From Acidobacteriota bacterium (GTDB lineage: Bacteria; Actinomycetota; Acidimicrobiia; Spongiisociales; ZC4RG35), in assembly GCA_004356805.1 (NCBI GenBank), contig SMXW01000045.1, positions 20,216 to 84,215 of the forward strand: a stretch of 64,000 nucleotides of DNA, written 5' to 3'. Numbering within the stretch: position 1 is the stretch's first letter; the number at the start of each line of letters is the position of its first letter. The notes below the pieces were generated by a model. That model did not search any database, had not been told where the DNA came from, and was given only the letters and a program-made list of their open reading frames with translations. The position numbers were made by a program, and so were the translations under genes. This document shows, one piece after another, positions 30,593 to 39,259 of the stretch.

Positions 30593-31621
30593 ATGAGCGA
30601 ATTCATCGCGACTGCCGCGGCCGCCCTGGGAATACCTGAGGATCTGGTGCAACGCTCAGCTGAGGCGAGGGCGGCCGAGACTGGAGGGTCGGTCGATGAT
30701 GTTCTGGCGGCGTGGGCCGGAGGGGGCGTGGTGGCGGCAACAACGCCCGCATCCGAACCGGCGGAAGTGACCGTTCCCGAAGAAGAGGATTCCCAGCCGG
30801 AGCCGGTTGCAGCGGCCCCGGCTGCTGTCGTGGTCGAGACTCCGACTGCGATGCCTCAGCCCACAACGAGAGCCCCGGTGCCCACCGAAGTGACACCGGG
30901 TGAGGCAGCGCACCTCCCGGAGGTGATAACCGTGCCAACCGCCGGCATCAGGGAGCAGACGAGCTTCGTCATTCCCAAGTGGCTGACGGCTGTGTTTCTC
31001 ATCGTCCCGCTGTTCGCCTTGTTTGCGCTCGGTGGTGCCTCCACCGGTGAGTGCGGCGAGGCGACCGAGTTGATGACGGACGTTGTGACCGGGAACATCG
31101 TCAATTGTGATGGGTCCGAATTCACCGGTCAGTCTGTCGGCGGGGGCGGAATCGACTACATCGCTCTGGGTGGGAGCATCTATGCGGGGGGCGCAGTAAC
31201 GGGTGTCAATTGCGCCGGGTGCCATGGGGTCAACGGTCAGGGGTCAGCCACCTTCCCGGCACTAAGCGGAGCGCTCACCACATTTGGGGCCTGCGTCGAC
31301 CACATCGTGTGGGTGGGACTTGGGTCCTCGGGATTCCAGTCAGCAGGGGAGAGCAGCTACGGCGACACCTCAAAGCCGATCGCCGGCGGTATGCCCTCAT
31401 TCAGCAGCAATCTGACCGAGGAACAGATCACGGCGGTTTCCGCTTTCGAGCGTGTCCGATTTGGCGGTGGCGACCCGGACGAGGTTCTGATCGACTGCGG
31501 TCTCGCCGAGTCCCCGGACGACGGGGAACAGGGCACGGGAGACGGTGGAGATGACTCCACGGAGAGTGACTCCACGGAGAGTGACGAAGAGACCGAGGCC
31601 TCGGTCCGTCACCTCGGCTAA
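30593..31621 (+). CDS. membrane-anchored monoheme c-type cytochrome (tandem paralog)
   Basis: CAGCHG heme motif. TM anchor. N-terminal LGIPEDLVQRSAEARAAETG module. Acidic C-terminal tail. Confidence 0.7.
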   Translation: MSEFIATAAAALGIPEDLVQRSAEARAAETGGSVDDVLAAWAGGGVVAATTPASEPAEVTVPEEEDSQPEPVAAAPAAVVVETPTAMPQPTTRAPVPTEVTPGEAAHLPEVITVPTAGIREQTSFVIPKWLTAVFLIVPLFALFALGGASTGECGEATELMTDVVTGNIVNCDGSEFTGQSVGGGGIDYIALGGSIYAGGAVTGVNCAGCHGVNGQGSATFPALSGALTTFGACVDHIVWVGLGSSGFQSAGESSYGDTSKPIAGGMPSFSSNLTEEQITAVSAFERVRFGGGDPDEVLIDCGLAESPDDGEQGTGDGGDDSTESDSTESDEETEASVRHLG

Positions 31622-31878
31622 CCCCACTCCAAACCCAGGAACGCCTTCTCGAGCGCCTTGCGATCCCCGATGACCCCCTCGGCAAGCACCTCGTCACCAG
31701 GACCCAGAACCACGGGAATTCTCACTCCATAGAGAGACAGGAGGGTGTCATCACCGTCGACATCGATCTCCTCGATGACTACGCCCACCTTCATCGCCGC
31801 CCACTCGACCAGCGGTCGGGCGTCATTGCACAAGTGACATCCGGGACGGGTGAGGAACCGAATGGAAAAATTACTCAA
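31618..31878 (-). CDS. glutaredoxin-like protein (DUF836-type, CxxC)
   Basis: 86 aa. CHLC motif near the N-terminus. Thioredoxin-fold pattern. Confidence 0.6.
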   Translation of the reverse strand: MSNFSIRFLTRPGCHLCNDARPLVEWAAMKVGVVIEEIDVDGDDTLLSLYGVRIPVVLGPGDEVLAEGVIGDRKALEKAFLGLEWG

Positions 31879-32168
31879 GAAATCACTCTTCGTGGTCGAT
31901 AGCGCGGTGCATGCAGGAAGGAGGGGACTCCGTTTCCCTCATACCTAGGGCACGTTCGTCCGAGGTGTGAACGGATAGCCTCCCAGCCCGCCCCACGGTG
32001 ACGGAACCCTTCTTCATGTAGTCGGGGCCCCTGTTTACGGGGGCCTCGACAAGTTTGAAGCCCCTGAGCCACGGGTTCGCCCGATGCCGGCATACGATCC
32101 GCGGCGCGTGAGACCGGCCACCGCGATCATCATCTTGATTCTTCTCGTTCTCATCGCAGTGGCAGGAC

Positions 32169-32993
32169 TCATTCAGCTTTGGGTGCTCTTCTCCCCGCCA
32201 GGGTGACTGACATGCCTTCGGCAAGGTTGAGGGCCTCGACCGCACGACCACCCCGAACGGCCAACGCGACCAAACCCGAGGAGTCGACGTGGAGCATTGG
32301 CTCACCGTCCTCAACATCGGAGTAGGACGTAACCCATTTGACCGAGTGCAGGGTTGACCCGATTTTCACGGTGACGGCTTCACCCGGGCTGATCCCGACA
32401 GCATCGAGGTCTTCGGGAGAAACATTCGTCTGCACGTTGCCATAACCGTCGATCCACCAAGCTTCTCCGGCGACTGTCGAATTGACGATTTCTGTGAGAG
32501 GAAGGAGCATCGGCGTGATCTCATCGCCGGCCAACGTGGGTCCAAGATCCTCGAGGGCGGCGTTTCCTGAAGCCAGAAGTGCCGCAGCCGGTGCAAACAC
32601 ATCTCTCCCGTGGAATGTCTCTCCGGGTGAGGGGATCATCGCCTCTGGGCTCTCAATCGAAACGATCTGAGAGGCGCCCCCGACCATGGCAACACCCGGC
32701 GAGAGAAGTCCGTTGTCGGGGCCCACGAAGAAGCCCCAGGGTGTTTTGGCCGCGATCGCCCTGCGATCGGAGCCGACACCGGGATCGACCACAGCTAGAC
32801 ATACCCCCTCCGGCAGATATTGAATGGCTCGGGTCAGAGAAAGCGCACCAGCTCTTACGTTTCCTCTGGGGATCTCGTGTGCGATATCGATGACCGATGA
32901 CTCCGGGGCAAGCTTTGCCAGCACACCGTGAACCACTCCCACGAACTCGTCGTGATAGCCAAAGTCGGAGAGAAAACTGATCGGAAGGGACAT
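32169..32993 (-). CDS. SAM hydroxide adenosyltransferase family protein (DUF62; fluorinase/chlorinase-like fold)
   Basis: ISFLSDFGYHDEFVGVVHGV N-terminal signature. Start set at MSLPISF. The upstream 52 codons of the ORF call are Arg-rich run-in. Confidence 0.7.
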   Translation of the reverse strand: MSLPISFLSDFGYHDEFVGVVHGVLAKLAPESSVIDIAHEIPRGNVRAGALSLTRAIQYLPEGVCLAVVDPGVGSDRRAIAAKTPWGFFVGPDNGLLSPGVAMVGGASQIVSIESPEAMIPSPGETFHGRDVFAPAAALLASGNAALEDLGPTLAGDEITPMLLPLTEIVNSTVAGEAWWIDGYGNVQTNVSPEDLDAVGISPGEAVTVKIGSTLHSVKWVTSYSDVEDGEPMLHVDSSGLVALAVRGGRAVEALNLAEGMSVTLAGRRAPKAE

Positions 32994-33187
32994 CGCTGGC
33001 GACGGTAGTGGCCTGTAGCACAAATGGTGTGAGTGTGTCTCCGAGACATCGACGTTCGATTCGCAAGGAGGCACAACCAAGCTGCATCCGCTCGTGCGGC
33101 AAGGCAGAGGACGCCGCAGGCGACGTCGAGGGCCGGAGAGACGCCGCAATCACTCGTAAGTGGGACCAAACCTGGTGTGTCGTGGAA

Positions 33188-34102
33188 ATGACGTCCGCGT
33201 ACCGGCCCTATATTGCCGGAATGACCGAATTCTCATATGACGACCTGGCCCAGGACGTCGCAACAAGCAACGTCTCGATGCTGATCGGAGGCCTGGACAC
33301 CGGCAAGACGACCCTCGCTCTCCAGGCCGTGCGTCTAGCGCTTGCTTCCGGGCGGACACCCGTCATCGTCGATGCCGACGTTGGGAACTCGACCATCGGT
33401 CCACCAGCGTGTGTAGGGATGAAAGTATTCAACTCGCTGGATGACCTCGAAAAACTCGACCAGCCCGACGGACTCCACTTCGTCGGCACCGTGACGCCGT
33501 CACGGTTGGTCCTCCAGCACGTCGTCGCCACGGCTGTGATGGTCGAAAGGGCAAAGCAGGTCGGAGATGTCGTGATCATCGATACGACGGCGGTGGCGTC
33601 AGGTGTGTCCGGTGAGACTCTCAAGTACCACAAGTCGGAGCTCTGTCGACCCGAAAAAATCATCGCCCTTCAGCATGGGGAGGAGATGGAGCCCGTTGTC
33701 GGCATGCTGCGACGGTTTCTCGGCATAGAAGTGATCACCGCACCTACCGACCCGGCTCTCCTTCCGATGACACCCGACGGACGAGCTCGCAAACGCGCGG
33801 ACGGCTTCGCGGCAGCACTCCAGCCGCCTCTGGACCGATGGAAAGTGCGCCCAACCGTTTTCGCTCCGACCGTCCCGGTCGGCCTCAATCTTGGGAGGCT
33901 CGAGGGTGTCCTCGTGGGTGTCCAGGGCTCGGGAGGCGGTTGTCTGGGGCTTGGTGTCCTGGACCATGACGACGGCATACTGCGGGTGATGACCAATGTC
34001 GGTGAAGGCATGACCGGGCTCCGGCTCGGTTCTATGCGCCTCGACACCAGCACATACGCATCGACGATGGTCAGCCTTCGCGAGGTCATGTTCGGCGTGT
34101 AG
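33188..34102 (+). CDS. Clp1/Grc3-like P-loop polynucleotide kinase domain protein
   Basis: Walker A GGLDTGKTTL followed by the VIVDADVGNSTIGPP (DxDxGQ-like) clasp typical of the Clp1_P family. Start uncertain (33188 or 33221). Confidence 0.5.
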   Translation: MTSAYRPYIAGMTEFSYDDLAQDVATSNVSMLIGGLDTGKTTLALQAVRLALASGRTPVIVDADVGNSTIGPPACVGMKVFNSLDDLEKLDQPDGLHFVGTVTPSRLVLQHVVATAVMVERAKQVGDVVIIDTTAVASGVSGETLKYHKSELCRPEKIIALQHGEEMEPVVGMLRRFLGIEVITAPTDPALLPMTPDGRARKRADGFAAALQPPLDRWKVRPTVFAPTVPVGLNLGRLEGVLVGVQGSGGGCLGLGVLDHDDGILRVMTNVGEGMTGLRLGSMRLDTSTYASTMVSLREVMFGV

Positions 34103-34238
34103 CGTCCCCCCAGTCCGCTCCCTTTTCCCTTTCCGCCCTGGACGGTTGGCGTTGCTGAGGTTGTGCTTGGTCGAGCTGCCACCACGGATTGGTTCGCCCG
34201 AAGGTCTTCATCGCTCATAGCCCCAACTCGGGGGCGAT

Positions 34239-34670
34239 TCAAACGACCATCGACCCCAGCGCAACGATCCACAGAAGGCTCTCGAGTGCCAACGCTCGCG
34301 TGAATGGCTTGACGCCGGCAGCCGCCCGGGGTGCATCACCGGTCTCGATCCCCCCTTTGATCTCATTCCAGGCCGGACGGGCCACAAGAGCTCCGATGAT
34401 GAGTATCCCAATCGCAGCGGCAAGTCCGAAATAGATCCACACGGAGGTTTCAGCAAACCCAGTCGTCAGCGCGATCAGACCGATACCGCTGAGCACGGTG
34501 CCCGAACCCGACAGGATTCCAAGCCGTTCAGCCCGATGCATCCGTCGGATCAAGCCTTCACCATCAGTCATCACGTGAACAGATTGTCTGACATCCCGAG
34601 GAATGAGGAGCTTATGACCAAACCAGGCGGCCGCGAACAGGATGTGAATGACCTTGGTGGCGACCAGCAT
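34239..34670 (-). CDS. hypothetical membrane protein (4 TM)
   Basis: 143 aa, hydrophobic, coding-like. Confidence 0.4.
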   Translation of the reverse strand: MLVATKVIHILFAAAWFGHKLLIPRDVRQSVHVMTDGEGLIRRMHRAERLGILSGSGTVLSGIGLIALTTGFAETSVWIYFGLAAAIGILIIGALVARPAWNEIKGGIETGDAPRAAAGVKPFTRALALESLLWIVALGSMVV

Positions 34671-34971
34671 CCAGCCAACGCTACCGCGTGGCAGGAACCG
34701 GTCCCGGGTCGTCGCCTGCTTCGACCCGTCTTGATCTTGTGACAGGAGCGAGGAGGCTTGCCGGTCCGGTTACTCCAACCCGGTTCCGATTGACACGATA
34801 TCGATGGCATCGAGGTCCGACGATGCTGAACAACATCGGTTTCTGGCCATTACCGGAGCATGCGTCTATTGAGCTGTCGTGTTGCGTAGCCGTGATTAGA
34901 CCCCTGTCAATGAATGGTGAGACCCAGCTCCAAACTTCAAGGAAAAAGCGCATCTCGCCGATAACCCCTCC

Positions 34972-35631
34972 ATGCTGGGGAAACGAAAATGGCTACCGAT
35001 TGTTCTGCTTGCCTCATTGGCAACAGTCAGTCTCGGTCTGTCGGCCGTCGCCGATTCGGCGTCTGAGGCCGGCTTTCTCGCGAAGATCAACGCCTCCCGC
35101 GCCGCCAATGGTCTCGCCGCGCTGAGTGTCGACGGTGGTCTGCGTAATCACGCTCGTAATCACACCCAGGACATGATCGACGCCGACGAGATCTACCACT
35201 CGTCCAGCGATGAGCTGAAGGCGGCGGCAGGCAGTGGCTGGTCGAAGCTCGGGGAGAATGTCGGGCGGGGGGGAACGGTGGATTCGCTTCACAAAGCATT
35301 CATGGACTCGGCCGGACACAAGGCCAACATCCTCGGTGACTACAACTACGCGGGGATCGGCACGGCGAGCAGCGATGGCGTTCTCTATGTGACAGTCGTA
35401 TTCATGAAGAAGGGCGGCGGGTCGACAACCACCACCACAGCACCGGCCGCGACCACCACGACCAAGGCGGAGTCGACCAACACCACAAAGCCCAAGACCA
35501 CCACCACCACCACCACCACGATTCCGCCGACCACTACCACGACAACACTGATAGTGGGTCCCGACAAGCCGGTGACTCCCGGGGAGTCCTGCCTGGTCGC
35601 AACGCGCTTCTGGTGGATGTGTCACGACTGA
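34972..35631 (+). CDS. secreted CAP/SCP/PR1-like domain protein with Thr-rich linker
   Basis: Signal peptide. CAP-domain motifs (HTQDMIDADEIYHS; GHKANILGDYNYAGIG). Poly-Thr/Pro low-complexity region. C-terminal Cys pair. Confidence 0.75.
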   Translation: MLGKRKWLPIVLLASLATVSLGLSAVADSASEAGFLAKINASRAANGLAALSVDGGLRNHARNHTQDMIDADEIYHSSSDELKAAAGSGWSKLGENVGRGGTVDSLHKAFMDSAGHKANILGDYNYAGIGTASSDGVLYVTVVFMKKGGGSTTTTTAPAATTTTKAESTNTTKPKTTTTTTTTIPPTTTTTTLIVGPDKPVTPGESCLVATRFWWMCHD

Positions 35632-35918
35632 GTACCTGAGGCGGGCCTGTCCTCAGACGGCAAAACGCCCCAGTGACCTTCCGGAGCATCCTCCGCACTT
35701 CCCCGAACGGACGCTTCTCCCGATTGCCTCTAGGGCGTTCGCAGGACCAAATCTACGACAAACCGGAACTCGGTTCAATGACCTCGAATGTGATCTAACA
35801 CAGCGCCAAGCAACGTAGCCAAACGCCGTTGGTTGATATTGTGGAGCGCAAACCCTAGTTACCAACAGGATTCGGGGTTATCAACAGGCCTTGTCCACAG
35901 GGGTGTGTTCACAAGTTT

Positions 35919-36338
35919 CTAACCCGAATTTTCGCGATTAGGGAAGCCTGCCCTGATCATCGCTCGAAAGGCCACCTCCACCATCTCGTAGACCTCTCCC
36001 AGCACGAGATCGAGTTCTTCGAGCGTCACCTGACCGGAGGCGAGCCGGCCACGCACGACAACGGCACCCTCCTTGTCGACGGCAAAGAACGCTCGCCATG
36101 ACCTCGCGTTCCGGACCAGCGCCTGACGATGAACATCAGCGGGGGCGAGCGGTGCCGGCATGATGTAAGCCTCGAACTGAAGGCTGCGGTCGCCAACATC
36201 AAACCAAACCGTCGTGGCGTCGCGCACTTCTTGCCTCATCCGAACAGCCCACCTGCCCTCCACGTCTTCGGCGTACTCGACGTGGGACTCGGAGTCTTCG
36301 AGCCAGAGTTGTATGCGACGTTCGAGGATGCGCCTCAA
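35919..36338 (-). CDS. YbjN-like domain protein (putative sensory/chaperone-like)
   Basis: 139 aa with a YbjN/DUF-type alpha-beta pattern. Weak assignment. Confidence 0.4.
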   Translation of the reverse strand: MRRILERRIQLWLEDSESHVEYAEDVEGRWAVRMRQEVRDATTVWFDVGDRSLQFEAYIMPAPLAPADVHRQALVRNARSWRAFFAVDKEGAVVVRGRLASGQVTLEELDLVLGEVYEMVEVAFRAMIRAGFPNRENSG

Positions 36339-37282
36339 ACGAACTCCAACTCCAACCGGGACTCGGTCGACCCCACGACCTCTCCTCCCCCGACCACATC
36401 GGGGCGACCGACCTTCTCGAGGTACATGGCTGCCGGTCTTGACAACTCATCCACCGCATCGAGAGCGGCGACTGCGGCCACCTCAGCAACGTCCATCAAC
36501 CCATCCCAGCTCTTGGCCGCTACTCCCAAGCGACTGCCGACAGAAACGCCGATGCAGCCTTGGGCACCTCCCTTGGCCACTGCGTTGATAGCCGTGGCGA
36601 TCAGGGAGTCACCTTCGCCATTGCTCGCGATGAGGGCCGGATAACGGTGCATCACGGCTCGAACCTCATCGAAAGCAGGTTCTGCTGCGAATCGTGCGAA
36701 TAGGAGTGACATGGCGCGGGCGGTCGTTCTCAGAACCGGAGCGCCACATCCATCGACCCCCAATGGTTCGACCGGGTGCTCTCCAAGCTCCGAGACAACC
36801 GCGACGATCCGCCTTTGCAGCGGGTGTTCAGGTGTGAGATAGGTGTCGGTGGGCCATCCCTGAGCGACGCAAGCACGGAGAAACCCTGCGTGCTTTCCCG
36901 AACAGTTGTGCCAGATCCTGCGAGGAGACCTCTCTCCGGTACGCACCCGATGGCGAGCAGCTTCACCCGATATTGGCCAATCTGGAGGTGTCCGCAGATC
37001 CCTAGCGCTGAGTCCGGCCCTGGCCAGCACCGAGTCGACAATCGCCACGTGAACAGGCAGGCCACGATGTGAGGCCGCCGCCATCGCGAGTTGGATGGGC
37101 TCTAGCCCGGCTCCTGACATCTGCGAGACATATGCCTGAAAGGGTTTGGCCGACGAACGTAGATAGAAGGGTCGATCGATGTCGCCGGACCAGGCGACCA
37201 GTGAGCCGTCCGGACGGGAAATGGCCACGACACCGTCGTGGGTTGTCTCGACAAGACCTGATCTGACCCGGGCGGCGAGCAA
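36335..37282 (-). CDS. L-asparaginase II family protein
   Basis: 315 aa. Asparaginase_II-type motifs (RSSAKPFQAY, GVAAKSWDG). Confidence 0.7.
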   Translation of the reverse strand: MLAARVRSGLVETTHDGVVAISRPDGSLVAWSGDIDRPFYLRSSAKPFQAYVSQMSGAGLEPIQLAMAAASHRGLPVHVAIVDSVLARAGLSARDLRTPPDWPISGEAARHRVRTGERSPRRIWHNCSGKHAGFLRACVAQGWPTDTYLTPEHPLQRRIVAVVSELGEHPVEPLGVDGCGAPVLRTTARAMSLLFARFAAEPAFDEVRAVMHRYPALIASNGEGDSLIATAINAVAKGGAQGCIGVSVGSRLGVAAKSWDGLMDVAEVAAVAALDAVDELSRPAAMYLEKVGRPDVVGGGEVVGSTESRLELEFV

Positions 37283-37284
37283 GG

Positions 37285-37815
37285 TCAGCCGGGGACCGTC
37301 GCCTCGCCCTGCTCGCTCCGGTAGCGGTCGACTATCTCATTCTGGAGGGTGTCGATCGCCGAGTGGAGTTGCTTACGCTGGTTGGACATCTCGGTCTCAA
37401 CCTCATGAAGCCGATCCAGGGCCTCCCTGATCTCGTCGTCAGACAAGTCCGGAAGTTGGGTGAGAACACCGTCGTCCATGATCTTGTCGATCAGTCGGCG
37501 CCCGGTCTTCGAGGGAATCGGCGGCATGATCTCGATGCGTTTCAGGTTGGGTTCCTCGCCGAAGACCATTCCACTGGCGAGGATCTCGGGCAATGCCTCG
37601 AGCAGGGTCCGCTCCTCTTCCCCGCCACGACGACGCAACTCGAAATTGAGAAGATCCATCCGCCCGTGGAGCAGACGGCGGTAGTACGAAATTTGAGACT
37701 CGACGTCCTCAGCGGTGTGGCGTCTTTGTCTCAGTTCCTTCAACTCGAGCCCGGACAGGTTGCCCGCGTACTCATCCTCGAGGACGATGTCGATGCGGCG
37801 ACGCTTGTCGTTCAC
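37285..37815 (-). CDS. coiled-coil regulatory-type protein (hypothetical)
   Basis: 176 aa with two long charged helices. No enzymatic motif. Confidence 0.4.
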   Translation of the reverse strand: MNDKRRRIDIVLEDEYAGNLSGLELKELRQRRHTAEDVESQISYYRRLLHGRMDLLNFELRRRGGEEERTLLEALPEILASGMVFGEEPNLKRIEIMPPIPSKTGRRLIDKIMDDGVLTQLPDLSDDEIREALDRLHEVETEMSNQRKQLHSAIDTLQNEIVDRYRSEQGEATVPG

Positions 37816-37824
37816 GCCGCCAGG

Positions 37825-38916
37825 TTACTTGCAGGCTCCGGCCAGGGTGGGATAGGGGTTCACCGCTGCTCCGCCCCTTCCGCCGGGATGGAGCTCGAAG
37901 TGGACGTGAGGGCTGCTGCCCGTGGCATTGCCACTAGCGCCGTTGAAGGCAATTGTTTGTCCTTGACTCACGCTTTGGCCGCTGGAGACATTCCATCCGG
38001 CTAAGTGGGCGTAATAGTAGGCGACACCGTTGTTGGCTGTCAGCCAGACCGTCTTTCCCCCCAGACCCCGGTTGCCCACCCAGACAGTTCCTGATGCAAC
38101 CGCATAAACCGGCTCATTGAATGCAGCAAACAAGTCGGTCCCCTTGTGTGACCTGCCACCTGAGCGTGGCGCGCCCCACGTGTCTCGGAAAGACGTCCGG
38201 CCCGGGGTCATGGGGCAGATGAACGGCCCGACCTGAACCGAACCGGCAGCACGCTGGCGAACCGCCTGACGGGCCGCCGCCTGCTCGATCTCGTATTGCT
38301 TTTGCAGCTCTTTGCATCGTCCGCTCAGCTTTGCATAGGAAGCCTGCTCACGCTCCATCGCCCCTTCCTGGATGCCCCTGAACTCGAAGGCTTGGTCTTC
38401 TGCGATCTTGAGGGCATCGTGGTTCTCATCCAGCTCCTCCTGGAAACGGCCAAGCTCACCTTTGGCAGCGATCAGGTCGTTGATCGATTCTTTTCCACCA
38501 ACAGTTGCGGTACTGAGGAACTCTGACGTCGTCAGGAACTCGTCTACCGAGGAGGCGCTGAGAATGATGCCTGGGTTAGAGAAGCCCCCCAACATGTAGA
38601 GCTGGACCGCCTGCTCTTCGATCCTCTCTTGGTTAGCGACGAGATCCTCAGAATGGCTGTCGACCGATCCCTGGATCCGACGTTGCTTGCCCTCGAGAGT
38701 GTCGACCTCAACCAGAACACCCTCATATTTGAGTGCGGCATCATCGAAGTCGGCACGGGCCAGCCTGTACTCGGTGAGTTGCTCGCGGGAGTCCTCACAG
38801 GCCGCATCGACCTGTGACCTTGTGACCGCATAGATGGGCAGCGGGAATAGAGAAGCCACCAGCGCGACCAGGGTGATGAGCAGAAGAGCGCGATAATGCG
38901 CCTTCAGGGCAATCAT
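37825..38916 (-). CDS. M23 family metallopeptidase with N-terminal coiled coil (secreted)
   Basis: Signal peptide [23 protein letters not shown]. Long coiled coil. C-terminal LytM/M23 domain with HxxxD and HVHFE motifs. Confidence 0.75.
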   Translation of the reverse strand: MIALKAHYRALLLITLVALVASLFPLPIYAVTRSQVDAACEDSREQLTEYRLARADFDDAALKYEGVLVEVDTLEGKQRRIQGSVDSHSEDLVANQERIEEQAVQLYMLGGFSNPGIILSASSVDEFLTTSEFLSTATVGGKESINDLIAAKGELGRFQEELDENHDALKIAEDQAFEFRGIQEGAMEREQASYAKLSGRCKELQKQYEIEQAAARQAVRQRAAGSVQVGPFICPMTPGRTSFRDTWGAPRSGGRSHKGTDLFAAFNEPVYAVASGTVWVGNRGLGGKTVWLTANNGVAYYYAHLAGWNVSSGQSVSQGQTIAFNGASGNATGSSPHVHFELHPGGRGGAAVNPYPTLAGACK

Positions 38917-39259
38917 TGGGGCCAAATGGTAACCAGGGGTTGAAGCTTGCAGTAGTTGGTGCCCCCTCAACCTCCCTCAACCACGACAACCGCAATATGG
39001 GTCGGAAGAGGAGACATCATTGGCCGATACGGCCTCGCCGGAGCGGTCGACTTCTCGGGTTATCCGCAGGGCACCGTAACGATTGACCTCATCGGCGGCC
39101 TCATCCTGGGCGTCCTCATCGGTCCCTGGGGATTCCGTGTCGACAACAGCACTGGTATCGGGACTGTGTTTGGTGGATTCACGACATTCTCGAGCTCTAC
39201 GACCGTTGTGGTCGACCTCGGTGCCGTCTTTGCCAGGGTCATGACCGAGCGAGACGCCA

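Noticed and set aside
31883-32317. 144-aa minus-strand ORF between glutaredoxin-like and DUF62 genes
   Set aside because: Low-complexity, Arg/Pro-rich, overlaps the DUF62 gene end, no motif. Likely non-coding.
33008-33187. N-terminal 60 codons of the Clp1-like ORF call (and similar Arg-rich N-terminal extensions at 40256-40519, 32994-33149, 55979-56185, 57230-57325)
   Set aside because: Arg/Pro/Cys-rich composition typical of non-coding high-GC sequence. The conserved protein starts at an internal Met in each case.
35860-35880. Rex-like TTGTGAA half-site (cttgtgaacacacc)
   Set aside because: Only one half-site is present. It lies between convergent gene ends, not in a promoter.
37285-37815. 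RsiG-like anti-sigma (c-di-GMP-binding coiled coil) assignment for the 176-aa protein
   Set aside because: The E(x)3S(x)2R(x)3Q(x)3D motifs do not match on inspection. Kept as a generic coiled-coil hypothetical.
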